The position numbers and the translations under genes were made by a program. The notes beneath the pieces were generated by a model, which saw only the letters and a list, made by a program, of their open reading frames with translations, ran no database searches and was not told where the DNA came from. 64,000 nucleotides of DNA from Myxococcota bacterium (GTDB lineage: Bacteria; Myxococcota_A; SURF-8). The DNA lies in contig CAXXQS010000001.1 in NCBI GenBank assembly GCA_963674735.2, positions 1,728,001-1,792,000 on the forward strand, in the 5' to 3' direction. This document shows, one piece after another, positions 36,254 through 46,241 of this stretch (its first letter is position 1; each line of letters starts with the position of its first letter).

Positions 36254-39200
36254 TCAACCCTGGCCGTGGCGTCGCCGGAAAAGCAGGAATGCCAGTAAAG
36301 CCAAGCCAAACAACCCAACCATAGCCCCATTGCCGGACCCGTGGCGGCAGTTACTCGCATCGGCGGTGTTGGGGGTTAACGAATCGCCGTCGGCTTGACT
36401 GCTCAGACTATCCGAATAGTTGTCGTACATTTCCTTGATCCGTTCGGCCACCGGTTTCCAACTCACGCGATTCATGTGATACAGCCCCATCGAATCGACG
36501 CCGCTAACCTGGCTATACGAATCATACAGCGAACCCCAGGTGGCATTGAAGACAAACCCCGTTGATTGCACCCAGCCATCCTCTTGAACCTGAGCGGTTT
36601 CTTGAACGGCGGTCCAGACCGCCTCGGCGACGTCGAGTTGCCGTCCGGCCTGTTCTCCGTTGGGAGCCGATTCGCTACCGAATTCCGTCAACATGATGGG
36701 TTTGTTAGGATAATCATCGCGAACCTGTTCCAGGAAAGCAAGCGTTTCCGACTCCGCATCTTCACCGTAAAGCACTCCGAAATAGGTCGTCGCACCGATG
36801 ACGTCGACTTCTTCAAACGTTTCACCCCCACCGGAATCGTAGTTATTCGCGTCCAACGATTGCGTGACCAGACGTCCGTCTGGGTAATTGTCGTCGAGAT
36901 CTTCATGCAGCGACCGGATAAACCCACCAAGAGCATTGGCATCGGGCTGTGGTTGACACTCGGTGCAGGCCCCCCACAGTACAATACTGGAGCGATTTCT
37001 CAGGGTAAAAGCCATTTCACGCCACGTCTGCAAAGCCAATGGGCGTTGTGTTTCGGCCTCGTAATCGGCCTCGGTCATCCACCAGGCCGGAATGTCCACC
37101 ATCGCCGCCAGCCCCAGACGATCCGCCAGAACGTAAGTGTCGGGGTGATTGGGATAGCGACCTGAACGCAAGAGCCGCCCCCCCAATTGTTTCGTCTGCG
37201 CCAGATCGTTACGGATCTGCAACCAGGTCATACTGCGGCCGCTGAGAGGCGAATCTTCATCCCGTGCAATGCCGGGCAAGAAAGCCACCTGATTGTTGAA
37301 GAGCCAGCGACCCGAGTCGTCCACATCAACACCGCGTAGGCCGGTCTGGGTGATGAAACGGTCAAGCACCGTTCCGTTTCCATCTAGCAGTGAGACCCGA
37401 ACGCCGTACAAACGCGGATTCCAGGGGTCCCACTCCAGATTATCCAAAATCACAGGCTGAACACTCGCCCCCGCCAGACCTCCGGCTTTCAGGGTGAACT
37501 CATGGTTGTCCACCCCGCCCAAATCGTAAATCCCGTTCAATAACGTTTCGATATCGGCTCCTTCGTAATACCCTTTCGTCTCGGCTCTCAAGGCGTAGAT
37601 ATCCACTTCAAGGTGTGCCTCAATATCACGGTCCACCAGGTTCCGAACGACGGCGTCGATCATCAATTCGCCGCTGAAACCACGCGGCACCACACTGACG
37701 CTGGCCAAGACCGCTGTTTTACCGGTATTGAGCGACTCCCAGTAAATGTCTCGGGGTACACCCGCATACGGCATCCAATCGGCTTCATGGGTGGGCGGCA
37801 GCATGCCGGGAACCGTCCCCGGACGCGGATTATCGACACGTAGAACCAGAGTTATCTGATCGCGATCAGCCAAGGCATCCGGTAATGGCATTACGATAGG
37901 CGTGTAAGGGCCTTCGTGATAACCGAGATAGCGGCCATCGGCCCAGACATCAACCACATATCCCGCCCCAAGCATCACCAATCTCGCCGCTTTGCCTCCA
38001 CTCGGAGCGGGGACTTCCCGGCGATACCACACTCCACCGAAATATTGCTCCGGACCCGATTCAAATCCGGCGGAACACAACTTGTTTTCCACACCCGGTA
38101 ACGCGATGGAAGTCCAATCATCATCGTCATACTCAGGCAAAACAGCGCCGCCCGATTCCGCTTCCAAAAGTGCGAGAGTCGCCTCATCGCGCTTGGCAAA
38201 CGTCAGCCGGTGGTCCAATTCCATGCGTCGCTTTTTCCATACACCATTCAGATCCAGCCGATTGTACTGGGAAAAAGCCACATCCGACAAAATCTCACCG
38301 TTTTGATAAAGGACTGGAATATCATCGATCTCACCCAGTTCGGTTGTCAATTCGAGCGTAACGGCTTCCGATTCGGCCAACGCAGGCAAGACCTCGATCG
38401 GAAACAATTGAGTCTGCAAAGCATAGCCTTGAAGTGCGCTCAGCCGCACCCAATAGTGACCGGGATGCATAGCCGACTGTTCTCCCTCCTCCGAACGGGG
38501 GGTCAGCGACACCAACCCTTCGAAATCGTTACCGCTTTGAGCCTGAGCCTCAAGGGCTTCGGCCGCCTCGATCGAATACTCGCTTTGCAGTGGCAAGTTA
38601 ACCCCGGCATCGTAATACCAGGTTTGCCCGATACGAGCATGCCCGAGTGGCTCGGAGACAATCGGCTCAAAGGGTGATTGTCCGGTAAAACGCGCCTCGA
38701 AAGGAGACTGATCCTCCCCGACCACGCGCTCGATAAGCCGTCGCCATACGTCGGCCGATTCCACCTGGTAAGTCCAGGCCAGCGACCCGGCCAAAAGAAT
38801 ATCCAGTTCTTTTTTTTCCGCGACGAATTTACTCTCGACTCCATACACCTGCGCAGTAAGAATGTGAATGGCGTGCAAACTTCCAAGCGCAAGGTCTGTA
38901 AGTAAAGACAAACGCATGGCCAGTTCATCGGATAATTCCCGCGCCGTCATGTTTCGAGAAAACGCATCAGCCAACTCGACCAACGCCAACAGGTCGTCGA
39001 CCAGGGCGGACGATGCGGCGGCGATCTCTTCTTCATTACGCACAGCAAACGCCGCTAAAAGGGTGTCGATCTTTCCATCGATCTCGGGGATGGCATCGCG
39101 CTCTTGGAATAAACGCGGGTTGGTGCTGAAGTAATCCCGTAGCAACTCGTACGTTTCAACCGGCAAAGACGGGTCGATGGCCTGGCGCAATTTCTCGACC

Positions 39201-40822
39201 CCGAAAGACGCGGCGTCGTAACGATCGGGATGGTGGCACAACTCGGCATAAGAAGCCAGCGCAAACAGTGAGGCGATTCCCTGCGACATGGGATTGACGA
39301 GCAGACCGTCCAGTTCCTCCAGCAAGGCCGCCGAGCGACCCGCGACCGGAGCCAGGGAGAGCCGAAGCCCCAAATCGGCATCGTTGGCCGGGTAATTGTC
39401 CCACAACCAAACCGGATGCTCAGTGAGCTGCTTGAAACTACGGACGGAATCGGCCTTGATCTCCGGACTAAAAATCCCCTCCCCCGTCCAGGCAAACGCT
39501 ACATCCGAATCCACGTCACGCAAGGCCTGCAAATAAGCCTTTTCATCGGCATCCAACGTTCCAGCCGTCCCGATGTAAACGGTCGGAACAAAGAGAAGCC
39601 GTGCGACCGTATTTTGAGCTTTCAGCCAGCCATTCAAGTTGTTGGTCAACGCAGCATGATTGCTTCCCAGCGAAGCCGTCACATCCGTCTCGATGTCGTC
39701 CATCAATAGAACGAAATTCGTATAACCAAGATCCATCAACTGAGACAATTTGGCGGTTAAACGATTGAAATCGGAATCGGAAAGCGGATCGATATCCAGT
39801 CCCGGAGAAATCCCGAAAAAGATATCCACACCCGACCCGCGCCCGGTCTCTAAAAGCTTCACAAAATGGGTTGTCTGCTCTTCGCTATAAAGTTCGCGCC
39901 ATTTGGAACGGTGTTTTTCGTCGTTTTTCGGCGCATAGATGTAGGTATTCATCCCCCAGGAACCGATACGCCGAACGATCATTTCCCGCACCCGAGGTGT
40001 CCACGGCTGACCGTAGAAACCTTCGACCACACCACTCATGGCTACTGCCGCATCATCAACGGACGGCAAAGCTTCGACGACCGTTTCAGCCGACCACTCC
40101 CCGGCCATTCCCAGATAATCGACGGCCCGCACACGATACGTACACGGCTCCACCTCGCGGGGCCAGTCGCTCTCGCTCGTCGAGGTACGCGACCAGATGA
40201 CGGCATCGGCATCGCCACAGCGCCGTTCGATGTCGTAATGATGAGCGCTTGGCGTTGGCGTCCAGGAGAGCGTCAACGGGAATGATTCAGCCTCGACGCT
40301 GAGTTGAGGTAGGGCTCCAAGATCATCCGCGTCACGAGCAAACACTGAAATCCCAGCCACATCGATTTCATCGGGGTACAACCAAATCCGCACGACACGT
40401 ACATTATTCAGCGTTTGTATCGGCTGAATCACCGAAACATCCGTTTCCGTAATCGTTTTCGATGCAATGGGAATCTGCGTCAACCGGTCAGGCCCCGCCG
40501 TCACCGTGACTTTCTGGGCAGGGGTATCTCCCCAGCGAAGTTCGATTCGGTCGATCTCCAAGGCAATGGTCGCATCATTCGACGATAGATCCAACAGCAG
40601 TTCCGTACGTCGATCCACCGCCGACCGCCAAACCGTTCCGTCGTCGCCATCCCGCAGATTTCTCGATCCCTGATTGTAGTCGAGAGGAACATCCATCAAG
40701 ACACCAGTTCCGGAAGTCTGCAACAGCGCCTGGGGGGCAAGGTCCAACTCGGCCCACGCCAGAGAGGACCATAAAAGCAGCAGACCAACACTCCAACACC
40801 CGATCGACCGTCTATTCGACAT
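36254..40822 (-). CDS. Secreted multidomain glycosidase: FN3, GH84 (O-GlcNAcase/hyaluronidase-like), GH2-like domain, C-terminal membrane sorting tail
   Basis: Signal peptide; GVVEGFYGQPW, YIYAPKND, LMDDI, WDNYPAND (GH84); LNGVWK, GYHEGPYTP, RYPNHP, TEFG (GH2); SNC...hydrophobic helix-RRR tail. Confidence 0.85.
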   Translation of the reverse strand: MSNRRSIGCWSVGLLLLWSSLAWAELDLAPQALLQTSGTGVLMDVPLDYNQGSRNLRDGDDGTVWRSAVDRRTELLLDLSSNDATIALEIDRIELRWGDTPAQKVTVTAGPDRLTQIPIASKTITETDVSVIQPIQTLNNVRVVRIWLYPDEIDVAGISVFARDADDLGALPQLSVEAESFPLTLSWTPTPSAHHYDIERRCGDADAVIWSRTSTSESDWPREVEPCTYRVRAVDYLGMAGEWSAETVVEALPSVDDAAVAMSGVVEGFYGQPWTPRVREMIVRRIGSWGMNTYIYAPKNDEKHRSKWRELYSEEQTTHFVKLLETGRGSGVDIFFGISPGLDIDPLSDSDFNRLTAKLSQLMDLGYTNFVLLMDDIETDVTASLGSNHAALTNNLNGWLKAQNTVARLLFVPTVYIGTAGTLDADEKAYLQALRDVDSDVAFAWTGEGIFSPEIKADSVRSFKQLTEHPVWLWDNYPANDADLGLRLSLAPVAGRSAALLEELDGLLVNPMSQGIASLFALASYAELCHHPDRYDAASFGVEKLRQAIDPSLPVETYELLRDYFSTNPRLFQERDAIPEIDGKIDTLLAAFAVRNEEEIAAASSALVDDLLALVELADAFSRNMTARELSDELAMRLSLLTDLALGSLHAIHILTAQVYGVESKFVAEKKELDILLAGSLAWTYQVESADVWRRLIERVVGEDQSPFEARFTGQSPFEPIVSEPLGHARIGQTWYYDAGVNLPLQSEYSIEAAEALEAQAQSGNDFEGLVSLTPRSEEGEQSAMHPGHYWVRLSALQGYALQTQLFPIEVLPALAESEAVTLELTTELGEIDDIPVLYQNGEILSDVAFSQYNRLDLNGVWKKRRMELDHRLTFAKRDEATLALLEAESGGAVLPEYDDDDWTSIALPGVENKLCSAGFESGPEQYFGGVWYRREVPAPSGGKAARLVMLGAGYVVDVWADGRYLGYHEGPYTPIVMPLPDALADRDQITLVLRVDNPRPGTVPGMLPPTHEADWMPYAGVPRDIYWESLNTGKTAVLASVSVVPRGFSGELMIDAVVRNLVDRDIEAHLEVDIYALRAETKGYYEGADIETLLNGIYDLGGVDNHEFTLKAGGLAGASVQPVILDNLEWDPWNPRLYGVRVSLLDGNGTVLDRFITQTGLRGVDVDDSGRWLFNNQVAFLPGIARDEDSPLSGRSMTWLQIRNDLAQTKQLGGRLLRSGRYPNHPDTYVLADRLGLAAMVDIPAWWMTEADYEAETQRPLALQTWREMAFTLRNRSSIVLWGACTECQPQPDANALGGFIRSLHEDLDDNYPDGRLVTQSLDANNYDSGGGETFEEVDVIGATTYFGVLYGEDAESETLAFLEQVRDDYPNKPIMLTEFGSESAPNGEQAGRQLDVAEAVWTAVQETAQVQEDGWVQSTGFVFNATWGSLYDSYSQVSGVDSMGLYHMNRVSWKPVAERIKEMYDNYSDSLSSQADGDSLTPNTADASNCRHGSGNGAMVGLFGLALLAFLLFRRRHGQG

Positions 40823-41035
40823 CGTTCCTCCAGCATGGGGGATAGCAAGACTCTTTGGACATCTACACCCGTCTAAAAAACGACGAGTGAAACAACGCCG
40901 TGTTACGGCAGCCTAAGCTGATTGGTAGGAGAGTAGCGAAACTTGAGAATATATTCAAGCCATTCTCGGGTGTCCATTGACAGGACACGGCACAGGATGG
41001 CATGTTGCAGGATTTTCTTGTTTATTATCAGTGTG

Positions 41036-42862
41036 TTATGAATTAGACGAATCGGGAGTTCGATGTGAGTGCGCCGCCAGTTTTCGGCCTAATACATCGT
41101 AATAGGCGCTCACAATTTCGCTTCGGCTCAAAATCGCGAGGATGGTCCCCTCATCGTCCGGCGACACGACAATCGCCTCATCGAAACCCTTGGCGGTCAT
41201 TTCACGAATGGCAATGATCAGAGAATCACCCGGTTTTACAATCGCTGGAGTCTGTGCTAGATCAGAAGCAACGATAATCGGGCACAAATCAAGCCGCGCG
41301 GTGATGGAGCGCAAATCGCGTCCATCCACGGTTCCGATCAATTTATTCTCGTCATTGACCAATGGCAGGCTGGTCTTTTCGGATTCCGCGAACAATTCAA
41401 TCAACCGCTGAGCTCCGGTATTTTCCAGTACGGTGGGAACCGGCCGACCATCGAAGCAAGACACCACTTCCTGCACGCGCATCCCCTGCAAAATCGCTTC
41501 CATCATCTCGCCCATGTGGGCTGGTGCCTGCAAACGGCTGGAAAGCTGTTTCTCGTAGATAGTCCAGTTTTTCGATAGCGCATAGGCAATAAAACAGACC
41601 CACATCGCCGGAACCAACAAATAGTAGTTTCCCGTCATTTCGCTGACCATGATAATGGTCGAGATCGGCGTATTGGCCGCAGCCGCAAAGAAACCCGCCA
41701 TACCCACCAAAACAAAAGAACCGGGCTGAATCCCCATCGCCGGAAACAGTTGGTCCATACCCACTCCGACCGCGCCACCGATAGCACCGCCGATGACCAC
41801 CGCCGGGCCGAAAACGCCTCCACTGCCGCCCGATCCGATGGAAAACGACGTCGTGACGATTTTGCCCAGAGCGACCATTACGAACAGGCCAATAGCCACT
41901 TTTCCGGTCAGGCCTTCCTGAATGATGCCGTAGCCCGCTCCCAAAGTCTGGGGAATGAAAAATCCGATCGCGCCGACCACCAAACCGCCGATAGCCGGTT
42001 TGAAATGATTGGGGATATGCAAACGCTTGAAGGCGTCACGCACACCGTAAAAAGTGCGTACATAGAGCAGGGAACCCAATGAAACCGCCAATGCCAAAAC
42101 CAGATAGGCCAGGAGTTGAGACGGGGCGGTAAACTTCATGGCGGGCATGATAAAAAGTGAATCCCAACCGAACTGCATGGCGAAAACCGCGTACGCCACA
42201 ATGGAACTAAGCACAGCCGGAAGAATCACTTCATATTCCAGATCCAATTCCCGGTAAAGCACCTCGGCGGCAAACAACGAACCGGCCAAGGGTGCGTGGA
42301 AAATCGCTCCCACACCCGCACCCATGCCCGCCGCCAGCAAAACGCGGCGTTCCTGCGAGGATAGCTTCAGCCAGCGGCCAAGCAGCGAACCAAAACTCGC
42401 CCCAATCTGCGCGATAGGGCCTTCTCGACCGGCGGAACCGCCCGAGCCGATGGTGATGGCGGCCGTGATGGCCTTGATAATCGGGACTCTGGCCCGAATC
42501 TCGCCTGATTTCCGGAGGTAAGCATCGATGGCGGCGTCCGTGCCATGGCCTTCCGCCTCAGGCGCCAGCCAGAAAACGATCACGCCGCTGATCAATCCGC
42601 CAATGGCGGGCAGAATCAACAGCAACCAACGATTGAAGGGTGTATCGGTTTCATGAAAGAGCGACGGTTCACCACCCGCGCCCAAAGGTCGATACCCGGC
42701 CAAGTAGTCGAAAAAGAAATGTTCGGAGGCCGAAAGCATGTAGTAAAACGCGATCGCACCCAGACCCGCCACAACACCGACCAGAAAGCTCAAGGCCATC
42801 AACCGCCAGATACCGCCGATTTCAACCTGATTCTTTAATAATTTTGCAACTTTACCCATCAT
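41036..42862 (-). CDS. ClC chloride channel/H+ antiporter with tandem CBS domains
   Basis: GHGTD, GREGP, GVFGP motifs; soluble CBS-like C-terminus. Confidence 0.92.
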   Translation of the reverse strand: MMGKVAKLLKNQVEIGGIWRLMALSFLVGVVAGLGAIAFYYMLSASEHFFFDYLAGYRPLGAGGEPSLFHETDTPFNRWLLLILPAIGGLISGVIVFWLAPEAEGHGTDAAIDAYLRKSGEIRARVPIIKAITAAITIGSGGSAGREGPIAQIGASFGSLLGRWLKLSSQERRVLLAAGMGAGVGAIFHAPLAGSLFAAEVLYRELDLEYEVILPAVLSSIVAYAVFAMQFGWDSLFIMPAMKFTAPSQLLAYLVLALAVSLGSLLYVRTFYGVRDAFKRLHIPNHFKPAIGGLVVGAIGFFIPQTLGAGYGIIQEGLTGKVAIGLFVMVALGKIVTTSFSIGSGGSGGVFGPAVVIGGAIGGAVGVGMDQLFPAMGIQPGSFVLVGMAGFFAAAANTPISTIIMVSEMTGNYYLLVPAMWVCFIAYALSKNWTIYEKQLSSRLQAPAHMGEMMEAILQGMRVQEVVSCFDGRPVPTVLENTGAQRLIELFAESEKTSLPLVNDENKLIGTVDGRDLRSITARLDLCPIIVASDLAQTPAIVKPGDSLIIAIREMTAKGFDEAIVVSPDDEGTILAILSRSEIVSAYYDVLGRKLAAHSHRTPDSSNS

Positions 42863-43039
42863 TATCGACCCGCCCCGCACAATATTTCATTGAACCTTTG
42901 TGCGTCCGGTTACGCCAATTCGCATGCGCCCGAGCGTCCAAAAGCGGCTATGGGTTAGCACATCCATGGATGAAAGTAAAGCGCTTTCCCTGCCGTTTTT
43001 TAAGCAGTCAAGCCTCCCCCAACGTCATGAATTAATTAT

Positions 43040-44866
43040 TTATTTTTTACCTTCTTCAAAACGTCCACAGTAGCGTTCCGTCAAACCCTGAATATGCTCC
43101 ACTTCCACATCGCCTTTCAAGCGCCCCGCCAGCTCATTCATATTATTCCTATAATAAGCGCAGGCTTTGCGACCGCGCTCGGGATCGATCGGTTCATAGC
43201 ACGGGAAGTCGGGCCGCGGCGGTCCCGGCGGCAGTGGAATCGGAAAGATTTTTTTGTAGCAAGGATGCACCCAACAACTCCACGTTTGCACCGTTGCCGG
43301 ACTGGTTTCACCGATCAGATCGGTCAGGCTCAAAATCAGCCTGGCTTTATCGATCGTGGCCGACGGATTGACGCGAATATCTCCGACAACCCATTTGAAG
43401 GATTCCTCGCGCTTCTCGCCGCTTTTCGGATCGGTATATTCGGCCACAAAACGGATGCTGTCTTGATCCTTGGCTTCCCCCTTCAACTCAGATAGAAAAA
43501 GCTGCCCGGAGTTGGCGAAATAGTGGATCGCCTGCACATCTTCCTTCCGGGTGGACGACTCCTCGCCATAGAAGACATCCATCGCCAACGAGGGGGGTAA
43601 CGTCATACGGAAATGCACGTCACGCGCCACCACTTCCAGAAGCGAGACAAACTTATCGCCGAATACTTTATCGACTGCCGACTCGCTGGCCAAAAAGAGG
43701 TATGCGCCCTTCCCTTTTTCCGTAAGTTGATCGAGCATCCGATCGTTGAAGTCATGCCCGACGCCGATACCCGAAAATGCAATACGCCGCTTGTCGTAGA
43801 AGCGGGTGACGGTCGACGACAATTCATCATTGACCACTCCCGTGTTGGCCAGCGCATCCGTCACCATGATGACGCGGTTGTTTTTCACTTTCTCGTAATA
43901 CTTCTCGCCGAGGTCATAGCCACGAACCATGCCGTCATGCAGATTGGTCGATCCCCAGGGCTGCAGATACTCGACAGCTTTATCAAACAGATCGCGCGAA
44001 TCACGCCCCACGACAAAACCTTCGAGGGGGGTGCATACCTGGTGATTAAACTGAACGATACTGACCACATCACCGGGTTTGAAGGCATCCCATACCTTTT
44101 TCAAGCCACGCTTGAGATAGTCCATTTTGTTGGATGCGTTCATGGAGCCCGATTGATCGACGACAAATGTCATGACCGCCGGACGGCGTTCTGCTTTACT
44201 TACCTGTCGTCCTTTAACCGAAAAGGCCAGTGAAGTCTGACCGCGCTTGATGCCGGGGGTCAGCGAGGCAGCGACCGAAAACGCCCGCCCCTTCTCAACC
44301 GGCGCTCCCGCGAACTGGTAATAATTCAGAAATTCGTGTGGACGCAGGTGTTGGGTGGGGATCGGAAGGAAATGTCGGATGGCGTATTCGATCCGCTGCG
44401 CCGAGGACAGACTCATGGAGTCGTCATTCGACAGATAAATCGTATTACCTTCGGGCGCATCCGGCTTGGATGGCGGAACCGTATCGGGAGCTTGAGGCGT
44501 TTCTTTACTGGGAGCAGGGGGAGGAGTTGCGCCAAGCGGCTCCATCATGGCGGCATCCGATCCCTGCGCCGGCATCCCTTTCATCCCGACTCCAGGCGGC
44601 ATGGCGGATTCTCGACGTTTCATACCGGATAGCTGTACCGGCGGTCGGCGGCCATCCGCTACGGCCTGCTGACGACAATCAGTGAAGATCGCCTTGCCGC
44701 CAACCGCTCCGCCCGGCGTGTCCACCCAACTGGCCGAGCCTTTCTCGGCACTTGCACCTTCAACGGTCTGATCCTGCGCCTTCGGCTCACCCATCCCAAG
44801 TATCATCAGAGGCAGAACCAGAACCACGACAAAAATCGGCAAGACCACTTGAATTCGCTTAACCAT
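43040..44866 (-). CDS. vWA-domain protein (YfbK-like), exported
   Basis: MIDAS VVDQSGSM, GSTNLHDG, NRVIMVTDALAN; N-terminal hydrophobic segment; start reassigned to 44866. Confidence 0.85.
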   Translation of the reverse strand: MVKRIQVVLPIFVVVLVLPLMILGMGEPKAQDQTVEGASAEKGSASWVDTPGGAVGGKAIFTDCRQQAVADGRRPPVQLSGMKRRESAMPPGVGMKGMPAQGSDAAMMEPLGATPPPAPSKETPQAPDTVPPSKPDAPEGNTIYLSNDDSMSLSSAQRIEYAIRHFLPIPTQHLRPHEFLNYYQFAGAPVEKGRAFSVAASLTPGIKRGQTSLAFSVKGRQVSKAERRPAVMTFVVDQSGSMNASNKMDYLKRGLKKVWDAFKPGDVVSIVQFNHQVCTPLEGFVVGRDSRDLFDKAVEYLQPWGSTNLHDGMVRGYDLGEKYYEKVKNNRVIMVTDALANTGVVNDELSSTVTRFYDKRRIAFSGIGVGHDFNDRMLDQLTEKGKGAYLFLASESAVDKVFGDKFVSLLEVVARDVHFRMTLPPSLAMDVFYGEESSTRKEDVQAIHYFANSGQLFLSELKGEAKDQDSIRFVAEYTDPKSGEKREESFKWVVGDIRVNPSATIDKARLILSLTDLIGETSPATVQTWSCWVHPCYKKIFPIPLPPGPPRPDFPCYEPIDPERGRKACAYYRNNMNELAGRLKGDVEVEHIQGLTERYCGRFEEGKK

Positions 44867-46241
44867 TGTCCCCTCCCAAATCAATCGGGTTATTTTGCGG
44901 AACTTGAATTGTTTTACTTTCAGCTTGAACGGGGGCGAAAATCGTTTCATCCACGACATCACCCGGTCCCAGGATTCCAAATGTGAAGTCTTTCGCGGTC
45001 CGTGCCACCGCCTTCTGCACCTCACTCGGGGTGAGACGCCCAACCTGTTCCATCACCGTTTGGCGATTGTGATAGCCATCCAGCAGAGATTCGCTCAAAG
45101 CCAGGAATTCAGCTTGGCCCTGTACCGATTCGATACCCTGGTAAAACTGTGTCCGATAGACCGCCCGAACCGCATCCAACTCGGCTTGCGGCGGCGGCGT
45201 GGTGGCCAAACGCTGTAATTCGTCGACGATCAAGGCCATCGTCTGGGCTTCGTCCACCGTGGTCACATACAAATACCCGAAGTTAGACTGGCTGGCGGAA
45301 AGTCCGCTGTAAACCGCGTAAGCCAAACCACGCTTGGTCCGCACCGACTCCCAAAGTCGGTAAGAAAGAAGTTTCATTCCGATTTTCAAAGCCGCGTAAT
45401 CCGCCTTGCCCGGCGCAGGCGCACAAAACTTACCCAGAATGTATTTAGTGGGGATAGCCCGCGTTTCGAAAACGAGGTTTTGCGAAGGTCGGTTCAATTC
45501 CGGCAACGCCCACGAATGATCCCCTTCGGTCTGCGGCACGTGGAAGGCTGCGTTCAACCAGCGTTCAAGATCCGGCTGCAAAAAAGGACCGGCCACAACG
45601 ATAAACGCACGCGGATCCTTAACAAGCTTCGCGTGATGGCTTTTAAGCGCGGCGCGATCGAAGGCTTTTACCGGTTCTTCTTCACCATCGACGTCCGACT
45701 CGTAAGGATGTCCCTGATAGAAAGTCCGGTTGAGGATTTCGCTCAGCCATTCATCGGGGTTATCGTGCTTCGAACGGATCATCGCCAATTGACGATCGCG
45801 CTGCAGAATAACGTCATTTTCATCCAACAGAGGTCGCTGCCAGAGATCGGCGAAGACTGAAAGAGAATGCTTGAAAAAGGGCCGCACGCATTGAAGAGAA
45901 AAAACCGTCCGATCTTTTTCCACGCTGCTCCAGATCCGTGTCCCCATGGCGTCCAATCGACGGCTGACTTCATCTTTTGCAAGCGTTTCACTCGCCATCA
46001 ACATTGTTTTTACAAGTAAGCGCTCCACCCCGGCGGTATCGGCGTTCTGGCGTAACGAAGTCCCAGGAATCACGATTTTGAGCGCCGCGACTTCGGTATC
46101 CGGAATCGGAAGGAAAATCACTTTATGGCCCGTATCGAGCCGAAAGTCCACCGCCGCATCATCCGCTCGGGCCGATGATTCAAAGCCTGTTCCAAGTAAA
46201 AAGACCGCCAGAAAAACGGATAAAATTCGACCCTTCATCAT
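44859..46241 (-). CDS. M16 peptidase, non-catalytic subunit
   Basis: M16 C-domain motifs (HPY, RLWESVRTKRGLAY); no HxxEH; signal peptide. Confidence 0.88.
   Translation of the reverse strand: MMKGRILSVFLAVFLLGTGFESSARADDAAVDFRLDTGHKVIFLPIPDTEVAALKIVIPGTSLRQNADTAGVERLLVKTMLMASETLAKDEVSRRLDAMGTRIWSSVEKDRTVFSLQCVRPFFKHSLSVFADLWQRPLLDENDVILQRDRQLAMIRSKHDNPDEWLSEILNRTFYQGHPYESDVDGEEEPVKAFDRAALKSHHAKLVKDPRAFIVVAGPFLQPDLERWLNAAFHVPQTEGDHSWALPELNRPSQNLVFETRAIPTKYILGKFCAPAPGKADYAALKIGMKLLSYRLWESVRTKRGLAYAVYSGLSASQSNFGYLYVTTVDEAQTMALIVDELQRLATTPPPQAELDAVRAVYRTQFYQGIESVQGQAEFLALSESLLDGYHNRQTVMEQVGRLTPSEVQKAVARTAKDFTFGILGPGDVVDETIFAPVQAESKTIQVPQNNPIDLGGDNG

Noticed and set aside
36247-36360. 38-aa N-terminal extension of SecA in the ORF track
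   Set aside because: It overlaps the end of the upstream glycosidase gene; SecA-like sequence begins at ATG 36246.
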